Below are positions 1-9,949 of a DNA stretch of 37,024 nucleotides, in pieces. Position 1 is the stretch's first letter. The number at the start of each line of letters is the position of its first letter. The translations under genes were made by a program, and so were the position numbers. Source of the stretch: Welwitschia mirabilis (taxonomy: Eukaryota); assembly GCA_051453625.1 (NCBI GenBank), contig JBOZIK010000001.1, forward strand, positions 13,599,005 to 13,636,028, read 5' to 3'. The notes beneath the pieces are model-generated. The model was not told the origin of the DNA. It searched no databases and saw only the letters and a program-made list of their open reading frames with translations.

Positions 1-290
1 AGGTTTGGGATAAACCTGCCCTTGCAACCATAGATCTCGCTCATTGTAATAGTGTCCTATTGCATCTTTTAGCAACCCCATTTTCTTGCAGTGTGCCTGG
101 AGGGGTACGAATGTGACCAATTCCCTTGCTGCTATTACAAGGCTCTGCAAAAGCCTTGGAGGTATACTCCCCTCCATTGTCAGTAAGCAAACATTTCAAC
201 TTTAAGCCTGTTTGTGTTTTAACCCTGGTAACAAATGTTTTAAATATCCCTAAGACTTCATCTTTAAATTTCAACATGTACACCCATACC
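1..290 (-). pseudogene. copia integrase core (rve) fragment
   Basis: KLKCLLTDNGGEYTSKAF...TPPGTLQENGVAKRCNRTLLQ, followed by a premature stop at 41-43. Confidence 0.9.
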
Positions 291-716
291 NNNNNNNNNN
301 NNNNNNNNNNNNNNNNNNNNNNNNNNNNNNNNNNNNNNNNNNNNNNNNNNNNNNNNNNNNNNNNNNNNNNNNNNNNNNNNNNNNNNNNNNNNNNNNNNNN
401 NNNNNNNNNNNNNNNNNNNNNNNNNNNNNNNNNNNNNNNNNNNNNNNNNNNNNNNNNNNNNNNNNNNNNNNNNNNNNNNNNNNNNNNNNNNNNNNNNNNN
501 NNNNNNNNNNNNNNNNNNNNNNNNNNNNNNNNNNNNNNNNNNNNNNNNNNNNNNNNNNNNNNNNNNNNNNNNNNNNNNNNNNNNNNNNNNNNNNNNNNNN
601 NNNNNNNNNNNNNNNNNNNNNNNNNNNNNNNNNNNNNNNNNNNNNNNNNNNNNNNNNNNNNNNNNNNNNNNNNNNNNNNNNNNNNNNNNNNNNNNNNNNN
701 NNNNNNNNNNNNNNNN

Positions 717-1838
717 TCATCCAACTGCATGACGAAGATCAGCTTCTTTGTCATCTCTAGAACATACTGAACATTTTTTATGGTAACTTTCGGCATCTCT
801 GGTTGCTGCAGAACAATTTTGCCTATTCTAGCAACTATCAATGGTTTCCTATTGGCAGCATACAACACAAGACGAAACAGCATAATATGACGTAAAGATG
901 AACGATTAGGGCAAATATGAAAGGAGGCACCTGTGTCAATCAGTCGCACATCCTTGCCATGTTCCTCTATCAGGAAGGCACAAGGCTCANNNNNNNNNNN
1001 NNNNNNNNNNNNNNNNNNNNNNNNNNNNNNNNNNNNNNNNNNNNNNNNNNNNNNNNNNNNNNNNNNNNNNNNNNNNNNNNNNNNNNNNNNNNNNNNNNNN
1101 NNNNNNNNNNNNNNNNNNNNNNNNNNNNNNNNNNNNNNNNNNNNNNNNNNNNNNNNNNNNNNNNNNNNNNNNNNNNNNNNNNNNNNNNNNNNNNNNNNNN
1201 NNNNNNNNNNNNNNNNNNNNNNNNNNNNNNNNNNNNNNNNNNNNNNNNNNNNNNNNNNNNNNNNNNNNNNNNNNNNNNNNNNNNNNNNNNNNNNNNNNNN
1301 NNNNNNNNNNNNNNNNNNNNNNNNNNNNNNNNNNNNNNNNNNNNNNNNNNNNNNNNNNNNNNNNNNNNNNNNNNNNNNNNNNNNNNNNNNNNNNNNNNNN
1401 NNNNNNNNNCTTCTTCAGCTTGATTCACCTGAAAAGAGGACTCTTTTGTTTTTCCCCTTTCGATCTTCTCCTTCTGTTTTGATTTCCATGTATAGCAGTC
1501 ATTTTGTCTATGACCCTTTTTCTTGCAAAACCAGCATTCCATATTTCTAGTCCAAGACACGCCTCTACTCTTATATCTCCCCCTGCTTTAGTCACGTTTT
1601 CGGTTCTTGCCTCTCTTTTCAGCCACCAAGGCACTTTCATATGTCAGTGCTTCATTCAACCTGCCCTCAAAATCTTAAAGTGCAAAAACAACCTGTTCAA
1701 AGGTCATAGAAGTAATATTTACGGACATAGTGATTGAAGTCACTGCTGTAAACCATGAATCTAGTAAGGAATCTAAACGAGTATAAGATTTCACCAAATC
1801 CAGAATAACAATTTTGTACTTCTCTAACTTAACTAGAT
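717..1838 (-). pseudogene. Second, diverged copy of the gag-knuckle/protease segment in two small contigs (717-989, 1410-1838)
   Basis: 717-989 aligns by eye to ~2089-2361 (LIDTGASFHIC vs LIDTGASFHVC). 1410-1838 aligns to ~2385-2808. Many substitutions; both pieces are bounded by N gaps. Confidence 0.85.
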
Positions 1839-1938
1839 NNNNNNNNNNNNNNNNNNNNNNNNNNNNNNNNNNNNNNNNNNNNNNNNNNNNNNNNNNNNNN
1901 NNNNNNNNNNNNNNNNNNNNNNNNNNNNNNNNNNNNNN

Positions 1939-3116
1939 AACATCCTCTGTATCTGAAACTGCTGCAACTACACCACAAGCATTTGCTTCTAATATGTACA
2001 TGCTACTCTCCTTTTTGCCTCACAAAATCGTCATAATCCCTTTACTAATTTCCAACAGCCTCCACCACTTGAAAAATTCAAGCCTAGATCATCCAATTGT
2101 GTGACTGAGATAAGCTTCTTTGTCACCTCTGGAACACGTTGAACATTATTGATGGTAACTTTTAGCATCCCTAGTTGCTGCAAAACAATGCTTCCTATTC
2201 CAGCAACTGTCAATAGTTTCCCATTGGCAGCATACACAACACCTGACGAGATAACACAATATGATGTAAAGACAGAACGATCAGGGCAAACATGAAAGGA
2301 GGCACCTGTGTCAATCAGCCACACTCCTTGCCATGTTCCTTTGTCAGGAAGGCACAAGGTTCAGAAACAAGGAAACTAACATCTTCTTTAGCTTAATTAA
2401 CCTGAAAAGAGGACTCTTCTGTTTTTCCCCTTCCAGTTTTCTCCCTTTGTTTTCCTTTCCATGAATACCAGTCCTTTTGTTTGTGGCCTTTTTCCTTGCA
2501 AAACCAGTATTCCATACTCCTAGTACGAGACACACCTCTGTTCTTATATTCCCCCCTGCTTTGGTCACATCTTTGGTTCTTGCCTCTGTTTTCAGCCACA
2601 AAGGCACTTTCAGATGTCGACGCTTCATTCAACCTGCCCTCAGAATTTTGAAGTGCAGAAACAACCTATTCAAAAGTCATAGAAGTAATATTTATGGAAG
2701 TAGTGATTGAAGTCACTACTGAAAACCATGAATCTGGCAGGGAATCCAAAAGAGCATAAGATTTCACCAAATCTGGAATAACAATTTTGTACTCCTAATT
2801 TAACTAGGTTACCCATCATCTCATTTAGGTGATCTTGCAAACGGACATTATGTCTTTTCTTCACTTTCAAAACCTTTTGATAAATATGAAAAGTATTTAA
2901 ACCAAAAGCTTTATCAAACCTATTTTTCAAAGTCTACCAGAGATCATGAGGCTCTATGTTGTATTTGATGGACTTCGGAATGCCATTACTTAGACATGGA
3001 TGGATGTAGGATAGAGCCTTAGACTTTATCTTTGTCCAGTCATCATCTTGTATGGAAGTAGGTTTTGTTGACTCGAGGGCTTCTACACTATCCTTCTGCG
3101 CTAAGATGACCCTCAT
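1939..3116 (-). pseudogene. copia gag, zinc knuckle, aspartic protease and start of GAG-pre-integrase (frameshifted)
   Basis: ORF pieces 2934-3116, 2670-2930, 2393-2632 and 2031-2357 carry gag, YWFCKEKGHKQKDW, WLIDTGASFHVCPD and VPEVTKKLISVTQLDDLG motifs. Confidence 0.88.
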
Positions 3117-3259
3117 TAGAATAGAACAGACATTCTAGTTCTATCCAACAAGCTTGTCTGTTGTCTGCAACCTCCCCACTATCAACACGAAAAAAATAGG
3201 TGCTACGCGTAGAATGATGATGACCCCAGAAAATTTAGAACGGAAGTACTTCGAACCTC

Positions 3260-3271
3260 GCTCTGATACTA
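3260..3271 (-). promoter_or_regulatory. Primer-binding site (tRNA-iMet type)
   Basis: Minus strand TAGTATCAGAGC is an 11/12 match to TGGTATCAGAGC, 2 nt after the LTR terminal CA. Confidence 0.9.
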
Positions 3272-3273
3272 GT

Positions 3274-3379
3274 TGTTGGGCCTTTTACCATCACAACAAA
3301 ATCCATGACTTAGGTGGAAATTGGAACCCTTTACACTTACCTACTTGTTGGGCTAGGTATGAGGAGCGCATACCCAACA
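3274..3379 (-). repeat. Very short 5' LTR (106 bp)
   Basis: Bounded by the 7-bp inverted termini TGTTGGG...CCCAACA and adjacent to the PBS. Confidence 0.78.
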
Positions 3380-3932
3380 ATTTTTAGCTTTGAAGGGGTT
3401 TAATCTAGATTTATTTGTGTGTTTTCTTGTTCATTTTTCATTTGTGTTAGAAGCCTTCATGTGTTTTTATTTTTAGAGTCTTGATCAATCTCAACCACAT
3501 CCTTTTCATCTCATTTATACAATTCCACAGCCTATAATTCATCCACAACAAAAAGCTACTTAGTCTAAGACCCTCAATAAAATGATTCACTTTGTTTCAT
3601 AACGTTGACAATCCACTTTTCCTGATAATAGATTTGGAAACCTGATAATTTTATGCATTGTAGAAGATCATGGTGAATAAAGAGTCACAGTGTGAATTGT
3701 TTCTAGTTGATTATGTTCATCAAATTAGATATCTTCCTCGATTCAAGCGAGCACAAGATATGGATCTATTTACGGATCTTTATACATTTGTTAGAACTCA
3801 GTTAGAAAGAGAAAATCCTTCCCCTTCAACTTATTAAAGGCAATACAGCACAAAGGTTATGTTGATCGTTCAAAGATGGAACATGACTTGAAAAGCTTTA
3901 AAGAAAACGAAAGAGCGAAGTAAGATTTTAAC

Positions 3933-4091
3933 CTGGCGCTGCAATTTATCTTTGTCCACAAAAAAAGTTTCTTCGTTTTCTTCTAGAAAACCGGAAAACT
4001 TGTGCATTGTTGCAGCAATTGGATCATCGACAGATGCTGCACATATGGCAGACATTAAAGCCACAAGGAAAAACAGTATGCTACGATCCAT
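3933..4091 (-). CDS. UAH: Exon 1 of a probable ureidoglycolate amidohydrolase (peptidase M20/allantoate amidohydrolase family, purine catabolism)
   Basis: ATG at 4091 gives MDRSILFFLVALMSAICAASVDDPIAATMHKFSGFLEENEETFFVDKDKLQRQ, then a CAG|GTTAAA donor at 3933/3932 (phase 0). A hydrophobic signal peptide followed by TMxxFSG(F/Y) and VDxxxLQxQ resembles the Arabidopsis UAH N-terminus as I recall it (TMEDFSGY...VDAPGLQNQ). The frame is intact and CpG is retained, unlike the surrounding TEs. Confidence 0.72.
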
Positions 4092-4400
4092 GAATCGATG
4101 GTCTTTGGCGAATACACTATGAAAGTGTTCCGTGCCGAGCAATTCCGTCCACTGCGTGCTCTTCCGAAAAGGTGATTACCTTCACGTTTTATTCAACGTC
4201 TGGCTTCGCTAATATTTGTCGAGATAACGGCGAATCGGTTCCAGTTTGCATTACTTAAAATAATCGTGAATGTATCATGCAAATTAATCTTTTGCTAAGA
4301 AGTGTTGCTATTAAGGGGAGAAAATGGATGTAGAAGTGCTTCCAACGCATTACAGGTCACACGCATTGCAGGTCTTATTCTGGACAGTAACACTTGATTT
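4092..4400 (-). promoter_or_regulatory. Putative 5' UTR and proximal promoter of the UAH-like gene
   Basis: Immediately upstream of the ATG, with visibly more CpG dinucleotides than the flanking TE DNA. Confidence 0.45.
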
Positions 4401-4489
4401 TGTTCTTGTTAGCAGTTTAATGGTGATTAGTATTATGGAAGCCAATAATGTTCTATCTTGTGTGCAATCTCATGTCATAAAACTTTCTA

Positions 4490-6055
4490 ATTGTCATTAA
4501 CATTTTTATCCAAAAACTTTTGATACATTTAGGAGGGCTCTTAACTTTGTCAGCATCTCATCCTCTAATGCTACATTCAAGGTATCACATCCTCGTAACA
4601 GATCTAATCCAAACAAACATATTTGAAGAGAACACCCTCCTAATATCAATCATGATAAACATAAAGCTCCCCAAAATAGCAATCAGCTCTACCTACTCCA
4701 TGTTGTCAGTCACAGTTGAGAAGAAACCATATTAGAATAATTCTGATCTGAACAAGAGCAAATATCAATGTTCATGTTGTGGGAGACAATGTTATACCAC
4801 TACACAAGCTCATACCACTAATTATCACTGGATATCGGGGGATAAAATCAAACCTACTCTTAAGGCAAATGCAGTTACTAATAACTCAGGTTCTTTCAAT
4901 AATTGTAAGTACTATGAATCCAATATAATGTTTTAATGTCATAATTTTGCATGTATGAGTGGAAACATACCTCATAACGAATCTTGAATTCTAAATACTA
5001 GTGCAACTAGGCATATGACACGTAGGTACAACTATTTTGATCATTTCATAACAAAACCTAGTCAAGTTTACTTGGTAGATAGACCTCCAGTTCCTATACA
5101 TAGTTATGGTTTAATTACCTTCAAATTACCTTCTGCCTCACAATAAGTAGTATCTGATGTTCAGTATATCCTCTTTGAGATCACATCTTCTCTCACTTTA
5201 CACACTGGTTAGAAAAGATCATTTGATTTCCATGATAAAGGATTCCATCAACATTATTAATGCTACTCAAAATCTTATTAGGACAGTGTACATGAATGGG
5301 AAACTTATGTGTCTTCAAGGTTGTATTGGTATGCATGAAATTGCCTACCATATTTCACAAGAAGAAATATTCCTATTGCTATTGTGCCATGCTCACCTGC
5401 TTCATCCAAGTCCTTTTTCTTTAAATGCAATGCATGAAAATGGACATCGGTTTTTACCCTCCATTTCATGTGATTTTCCTCAATGCAAAGCATGTATATT
5501 GGATAAAGCAACATAATAATGCTTTTCATGAGCAAATGACATGTTGATCGGAAGCTTCTACTTATTCACACTGATCTATATGGTTCTATGTTGGTATCTG
5601 CACTTGGATATTGCTACATCTTATCATTCATAGATGATTTTTCGTGTATCACTTCCATTGTATTTAATAGGATCAAATCTCTTATTTTGTATTCTTTTCA
5701 AGATTTTCAAATCAAAAGTGAAAAAGAAAACTAGTAGTAAGATTAAGGGTTTCCATTCTAACAATGGTGGTAAATAGACCTTAACTAAGTTTAAGGACTT
5801 TTTTGCTCCTAAAGGCATTCATCATTTAAAAACATGCCTTAGAACACCTTAACAACCTAACATCAGTGAAAGATTTAATTGGATCATAATGGATATCACA
5901 TGTTCAATGATGTAATTTAATAATTGCAAAGCTTATCCATCACATGAAACTATTAGGAACATAGTATATATCAATAATTTTATTGGTCATGCTTCTTAAA
6001 AGGGCATATATTATTAACCTACCCATTTTTTATGTGCTAAACTTGTCAAATTTAA
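4490..6055 (+). mobile_element. Highly degraded Ty1/copia internal fragment (gag end, protease, GAG-pre-integrase, integrase); no LTR recognised
   Basis: Knuckle remnant QCSCCGRQ (~4765), protease *ILNTSATRHMT (~4985-5020), LLCHAHLLHPS and CKACILDK (5380-5510), LIHTDLYG (~5560), FHSNNGGK (~5750), TCLRTP*QPNISERFN (~5830-5880). Confidence 0.8.
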
Positions 6056-6104
6056 TGTCGTTTATGTGCAAGGATCATGGAGTTGAAATTTCAATTGAGC
6101 ATAA

Positions 6105-6585
6105 TAAAGACACCTACAAAGATTAAAAACCATCTACCAATGTAAAGATGTTTACAAAAGCTGAAGACTTCTACAACACATCAAGTGATTTTTTAAAGTT
6201 GAATTGAGAACTGATGTCTTAATTAGTATGGTGTATTTCAAGAACTTCTAGTAAAGATGTCTACACAAAGTGAAGATGTCTACCACACCTTTAGATGTTT
6301 ATAAAATAAAAGATATTTTTATTGAATTAAATGACTTTTATTAGAAGATATCTATAGGTTTTAAAGACACTACAAATCATCCAAATGTCTATAGCATGAA
6401 AGATATCTTAATTGGTTTAGAAAGGCATGGTAGAAGATATCTATCAAAGTCAAAGATATTCACACCTAGTAAAGATGTCTATAAAATCTAAAGACTCCTT
6501 GGCTGAACAGAAGAGTGTGATAGAATGGCTATAGATTACAGATGTCTACACTTAATAAAGACATCTACAAAGTTTGAAGACTTGC
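6105..6585. repeat. Dispersed array of ~11-bp motifs AAGA(C/T)(G/A)TCTA(C/T) in U3
   Basis: Many copies, e.g. aagacacctac, aagatgtttac, aagatgtctac (several), aagatatctat, aagacatctac. Confidence 0.85.
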
Positions 6586-7283
6586 TATATGAGTTAAATG
6601 AAAAATGTAAAATAGCCGTGAAAGGGTGTGAATCTAACCATTTTGCATGTCACCCTTTAAACAACAAAAGGGTTCCATATAAGAGAAAACCAAAACTCCA
6701 AGAAAAAGAAGAACTAAGGAATAGGAAATAACAAAATTAAATGAGAAAAATGGATTCAAATGAAACAGGCATAAGCAAGTAAGTAAGGAACGAAAAAAAA
6801 GATCAAGAAGAAAGAAAAGCACTAGGACATTGTCATGAAAGATTGAGGATTCTTCTCATAGATCTAAGGTTTCATTATTTCAAGGAATATTCTCAACATT
6901 GCTACATAGTAAAGAAGAAGAAGAAAGGAGATCCAAGTCTTTAATCTTACATTTTCTTCTCAAGTAAGCAAGTTGTGTTGGTTATCTTTCTCTTTCTCAC
7001 TTTCAAGCTTACTTCTCCATTGTTTATGAACTTAAAGGTGGACATTTTATTAAGTAGAATCTCTGTAGTTACAGATTTCATTTTCACTTCTTTTTAGGCT
7101 TTGAGATACTTGCATGTTATTAGATCCAAGTGGAATTCCAAGTTCTAGGTTTATTAAGGCATTAAATTGTCTTCTTGAGAAAAACATTGGTCTTATGATT
7201 TTGAAACTTGAGGGGTTGATTTGATTTTCATGTGAGGAGTAACTCCTTTATACTTAGCATTATGAGGTTAGTGATAAGCCACA

Positions 7284-7519
7284 AACCACACTTCTGTGAT
7301 AAGTAGTAAAGATCTAGAGGTATGTCAAATTCAACTGTTCTAAAGTACCCAGGTTTGGAAACCATGTTATATTTCTATGATTTTTTTGCATGCACTTTTT
7401 AACCACAATTCTATGATAAGCAGTAAAGATCTAGATATATGTCAAGTTCAACTGTCCTAAAGTACCCAGGTTTGGAAACCATATTATATTTCTATGTTTT
7501 TTTTGCATGCACTTTTTTT
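7284..7519. repeat. 117-bp tandem duplication within the LTR
   Basis: aaccaca..tct(g/a)tgataag..gatctag..ctaaagtacccaggtttggaaaccat..gcatgcacttttt occurs at 7284 and at 7401, with no gap nearby. Confidence 0.9.
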
Positions 7520-7603
7520 AGCTATTTATTGATTTATTAATCATCACATATTTTTTTATTTAAAACTCATTTACCCTCCCCTCAAAGTTCTATAATCCAC
7601 AAG

Positions 7604-7614
7604 TGGTATTAGAG
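7604..7614 (+). promoter_or_regulatory. PBS (tRNA-iMet type)
   Basis: TGGTATTAGAG vs TGGTATCAGAG, 2 nt after the LTR CA. Confidence 0.85.
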
Positions 7615-7656
7615 AAGGTACTTGCGAAAAAGTATAATACCCTTGAGTGAATTACT

Positions 7657-8582
7657 ATGAAGGGGTCCTCAACTACTAGATTTTCATTGTTCAATAGAAC
7701 AAACTATGCCTATTAGAAGATGAGCATCCAAGTGTACTTACAATCTCTTGAGTTTGAATTATGATAGACAATAGAAGATGAATATTACACTCCCATAGAG
7801 ACTACCACAAATGCAGCTACTATGTACATCACAAAACCTAAGGCAAGGAAAAATTAGTCAAGTGCATAGAAAGACATCCACATGTATGACTTTGAGGTAA
7901 AGAATGCTCTATATTATGCCCTTTCTTCTAAATAATTCAATAGAGTTATTGGCTGTAGTACTACAAAGGAAATATGAGGTGTTTGCAAAGGCACATGTGA
8001 ACATACTTCCACAATCAAATAGTTTAAGCTATTAATTAACACTAATTAATTTTAGACCTTAAAATAAACAAAAGAGAAATAATTTATAAACACTTAATGA
8101 GAATGAGTAACATAGTAAATGTCATGTATGGAATTAATAAAGGGCTGTCAAAGAAAAAAGTGATCCAAAAAGTAGTAAGATCACTTACCCTAGGACACAT
8201 TTCTAACATCATCACCATGAGAGAATTCATAAACTTCACCATCATGAAGTTTGAGTAACTACAAAGTGATATTAACTACATATGAGATAAATCTAATTAA
8301 ATATGGGATTGTCAAAGCAAATTTCATAACATTGAAGACTAGTAACAATCAAAAGCTAAAATCTATCGTTTCTTTAGATGTTGATGCACTACAAAATAAC
8401 ATTGACGATGAACCTACTTTCATCTTCAAGTAAGTCAAATGTCTTCTTTCTAGAAGAAATAAAATAAGAGAAGAGCACCCTAAACCATTTAAGCCACGAA
8501 GGAAAATGTAAGAACAAAGGTAAGGACTTTTAATTTACTTCCAAAAGTAAGTCTTCAAATTTAGAATGTTGGAATTATGGGG
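7657..8582 (+). pseudogene. copia gag (disrupted)
   Basis: MKGSSTTRFSLFNRTNYAY*KMSIQVYLQSLEFEL*, then KNALYYALS, EFNRV-like, VIQKVVRSLT and LTTYE motifs, ending at ECWNYG. Confidence 0.85.
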
Positions 8583-9396
8583 TGATGATTCAGAAATGAA
8601 GGTATGTTTGTGTTATGATCTAATTTCATTAATAAAGAATATATTATAACGTTAGCAATTTGTGATGCAGATAGTTAAGTAGAGTTATGCTACAAAAAGG
8701 GAAAGCGGTTATAACTACTAGACAGGTGGTGCAAAAGAAGGAAGAACAAACTTTATACCACTGCATTTATAAATAGGCGCATTGGATGAGATCAAAGGAT
8801 CTTTTTGGGAGTCTTGGAGAACAGCTAAAAAGTGCATCTCAAGCAAAGAGGTCATAGTAAAAGGACTATAAAGTAACTTCCTAAGCTCTAGTACCTATTG
8901 TGGAAACATAAGAGGGAGCCAATCAGTGTGTTTCTTGATAAGTAATATAAGTTATATTATTCTTAAAAGAATTTTGTGTTGTTAAGTGTGTAATTTGAAA
9001 ATTTTTGCATGCTATCTTTTCTTGATCTTAATATTGATGATAGCTATGGTTAGTATTAAGATAGTATGCCAGTTAGGAATAATTGGTGCAGGTAATCTGG
9101 CTACATTTTCCTTATTTTGTTCTTTCATTTCCTCATATTCTGTAAATTGTTATCTATAAGTAGAGTTCTATTAAAATATCTTTTTGCCAAGAATAGTCAT
9201 TCTTGATGAAGTATTTGTCCTGATCAAAAGTCTTTATTTTGAGTCAAAAGCAGAAAGAAAATAAATCTTCATAGAGAGATTATTAGTGATCAAAATATGT
9301 GTGTAGATGTGGTAATATAGTTATATGTTTTTCCAGCATTTTGTTGAACTCAATTAATTATTTTATAATACTTTCATTTAAATCCTAGGCTTATTA
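8583..9396 (+). repeat. 5' LTR of the gypsy element (~810 bp)
   Basis: Starts TGATGA where the copia gag abruptly stops and ends TTATTA (decayed ...TCA) just before the PBS. Confidence 0.62.
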
Positions 9397-9399
9397 TTT

Positions 9400-9416
9400 T
9401 GGCGCTAGATGAAGGG
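9400..9416 (+). promoter_or_regulatory. PBS-like site TGGCGCTAGATGAAGGG
   Basis: TGGCGC start is typical of non-chromovirus gypsy PBSs; it lies between the LTR and gag. Confidence 0.7.
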
Positions 9417-9949
9417 CACTTCTAACCTTTTGTCAAAAGCAATAAGGATCTTTTGAGAAAAGACAACCATAAAAGATGAAGGGATGAAAAGGGACAATAC
9501 ATCTAGAACCGTAAGAAATACAAGTTAGACAAAGAAACTAGTGATACAACGATAACTAAAATTGAGCCCTATGACTTTATGGGAGATATGAAAACATTTA
9601 AAAGAGATCCAATGGAGTTATGACATAAGATAGAACTATTGATNNNNNNNNNNNNNNNNNNNNNNNNNNNNNNNNNNNNNNNNNNNNNNNNNNNNNNNNN
9701 NNNNNNNNNNNNNNNNNNNNNNNNNNNNNNNNNNNNNNNNNNNAAAACATTTAAAAGAGGTCAAATGGAGTTACAACATAAGATAAAACTATTGATACAA
9801 GATCAAATGAAGAAAGGAAAAACATAAGAATCTAAAGGGTTATATTGGGATGAAGAAGAAGTAGTTGATTCTACTCCTTTACATATAGACTATTATATGA
9901 CTCATACACCTAACCCTATAGATCCTATAGTCTTGTAGACCTCTGATAA

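Larger units (their letters stand above)
1..3379 (-). mobile_element. Ty1/copia LTR retrotransposon (Tnt1/Tork-like proteins), 5' part, degraded; continues beyond the left edge
   Basis: Minus-strand order: LTR (3274-3379), tRNA-Met PBS, gag (MRVILAQKDSVEAL..DDDWTKIKSKALSYIH), zinc knuckle (CWFCKKKGHRQNDC), protease (WLIDTGASFHVC), integrase (VWVYMLKFKDEV..LLTDNGGEY..QENGVAKRCNRTLL). Protease followed by integrase is the copia order. Confidence 0.93.
6056..7601 (+). repeat. 5' LTR of Sirevirus-like element 1
   Basis: Ends ...CATTTACCCTCCCCTC...ATCCACA just before the PBS. The C-rich stretch resembles the Sirevirus U5 signal. The TG start at 6056 is a best guess. Confidence 0.65.
6056..8582 (+). 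mobile_element. Sirevirus-like Ty1/copia element 1 (5' LTR, PBS, gag), cut off by the gypsy insertion
   Basis: ~1.55 kb LTR with a repeated palindromic motif and C-rich U5 end, Met PBS at 7604, and gag ending inside the knuckle (LECWNYG) exactly where the next LTR starts. Confidence 0.78.

Noticed and set aside
41..1560. Long ORFs dominated by X (also 16161-17168, 29537-29956, 32302-32805)
   Set aside because: They are open only because N runs contain no stop codons, so they are not evidence of intact genes.
717..2808. Apparent tandem duplication of copia gag-protease
   Set aside because: The extra pieces are small contigs between gaps, so paralogous contigs scaffolded together explain them more simply. 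A real tandem copy cannot be established.
3707..3837. Short + strand frame VDYVHQIRYLPRFKRAQDMDLFTDLY...
   Set aside because: Under 50 codons, no family recognised, and antisense within the presumed intron.
3870..4142. 90-aa ORF as a complete protein
   Set aside because: It has a non-ATG start, and the tail after 3933 reads through a splice donor into the intron.
6105..6585. CRISPR-like repeat/spacer appearance (also 12100-12560 and 31940-33090)
   Set aside because: The motifs are ~11 bp, degenerate, irregularly spaced and inside LTRs of eukaryotic DNA, with no cas genes.
9592..9800. ~52-bp repeat on either side of the gap 9644-9743
   Set aside because: It flanks a 100-N placeholder gap, so an unmerged overlap cannot be told apart from a true tandem repeat.
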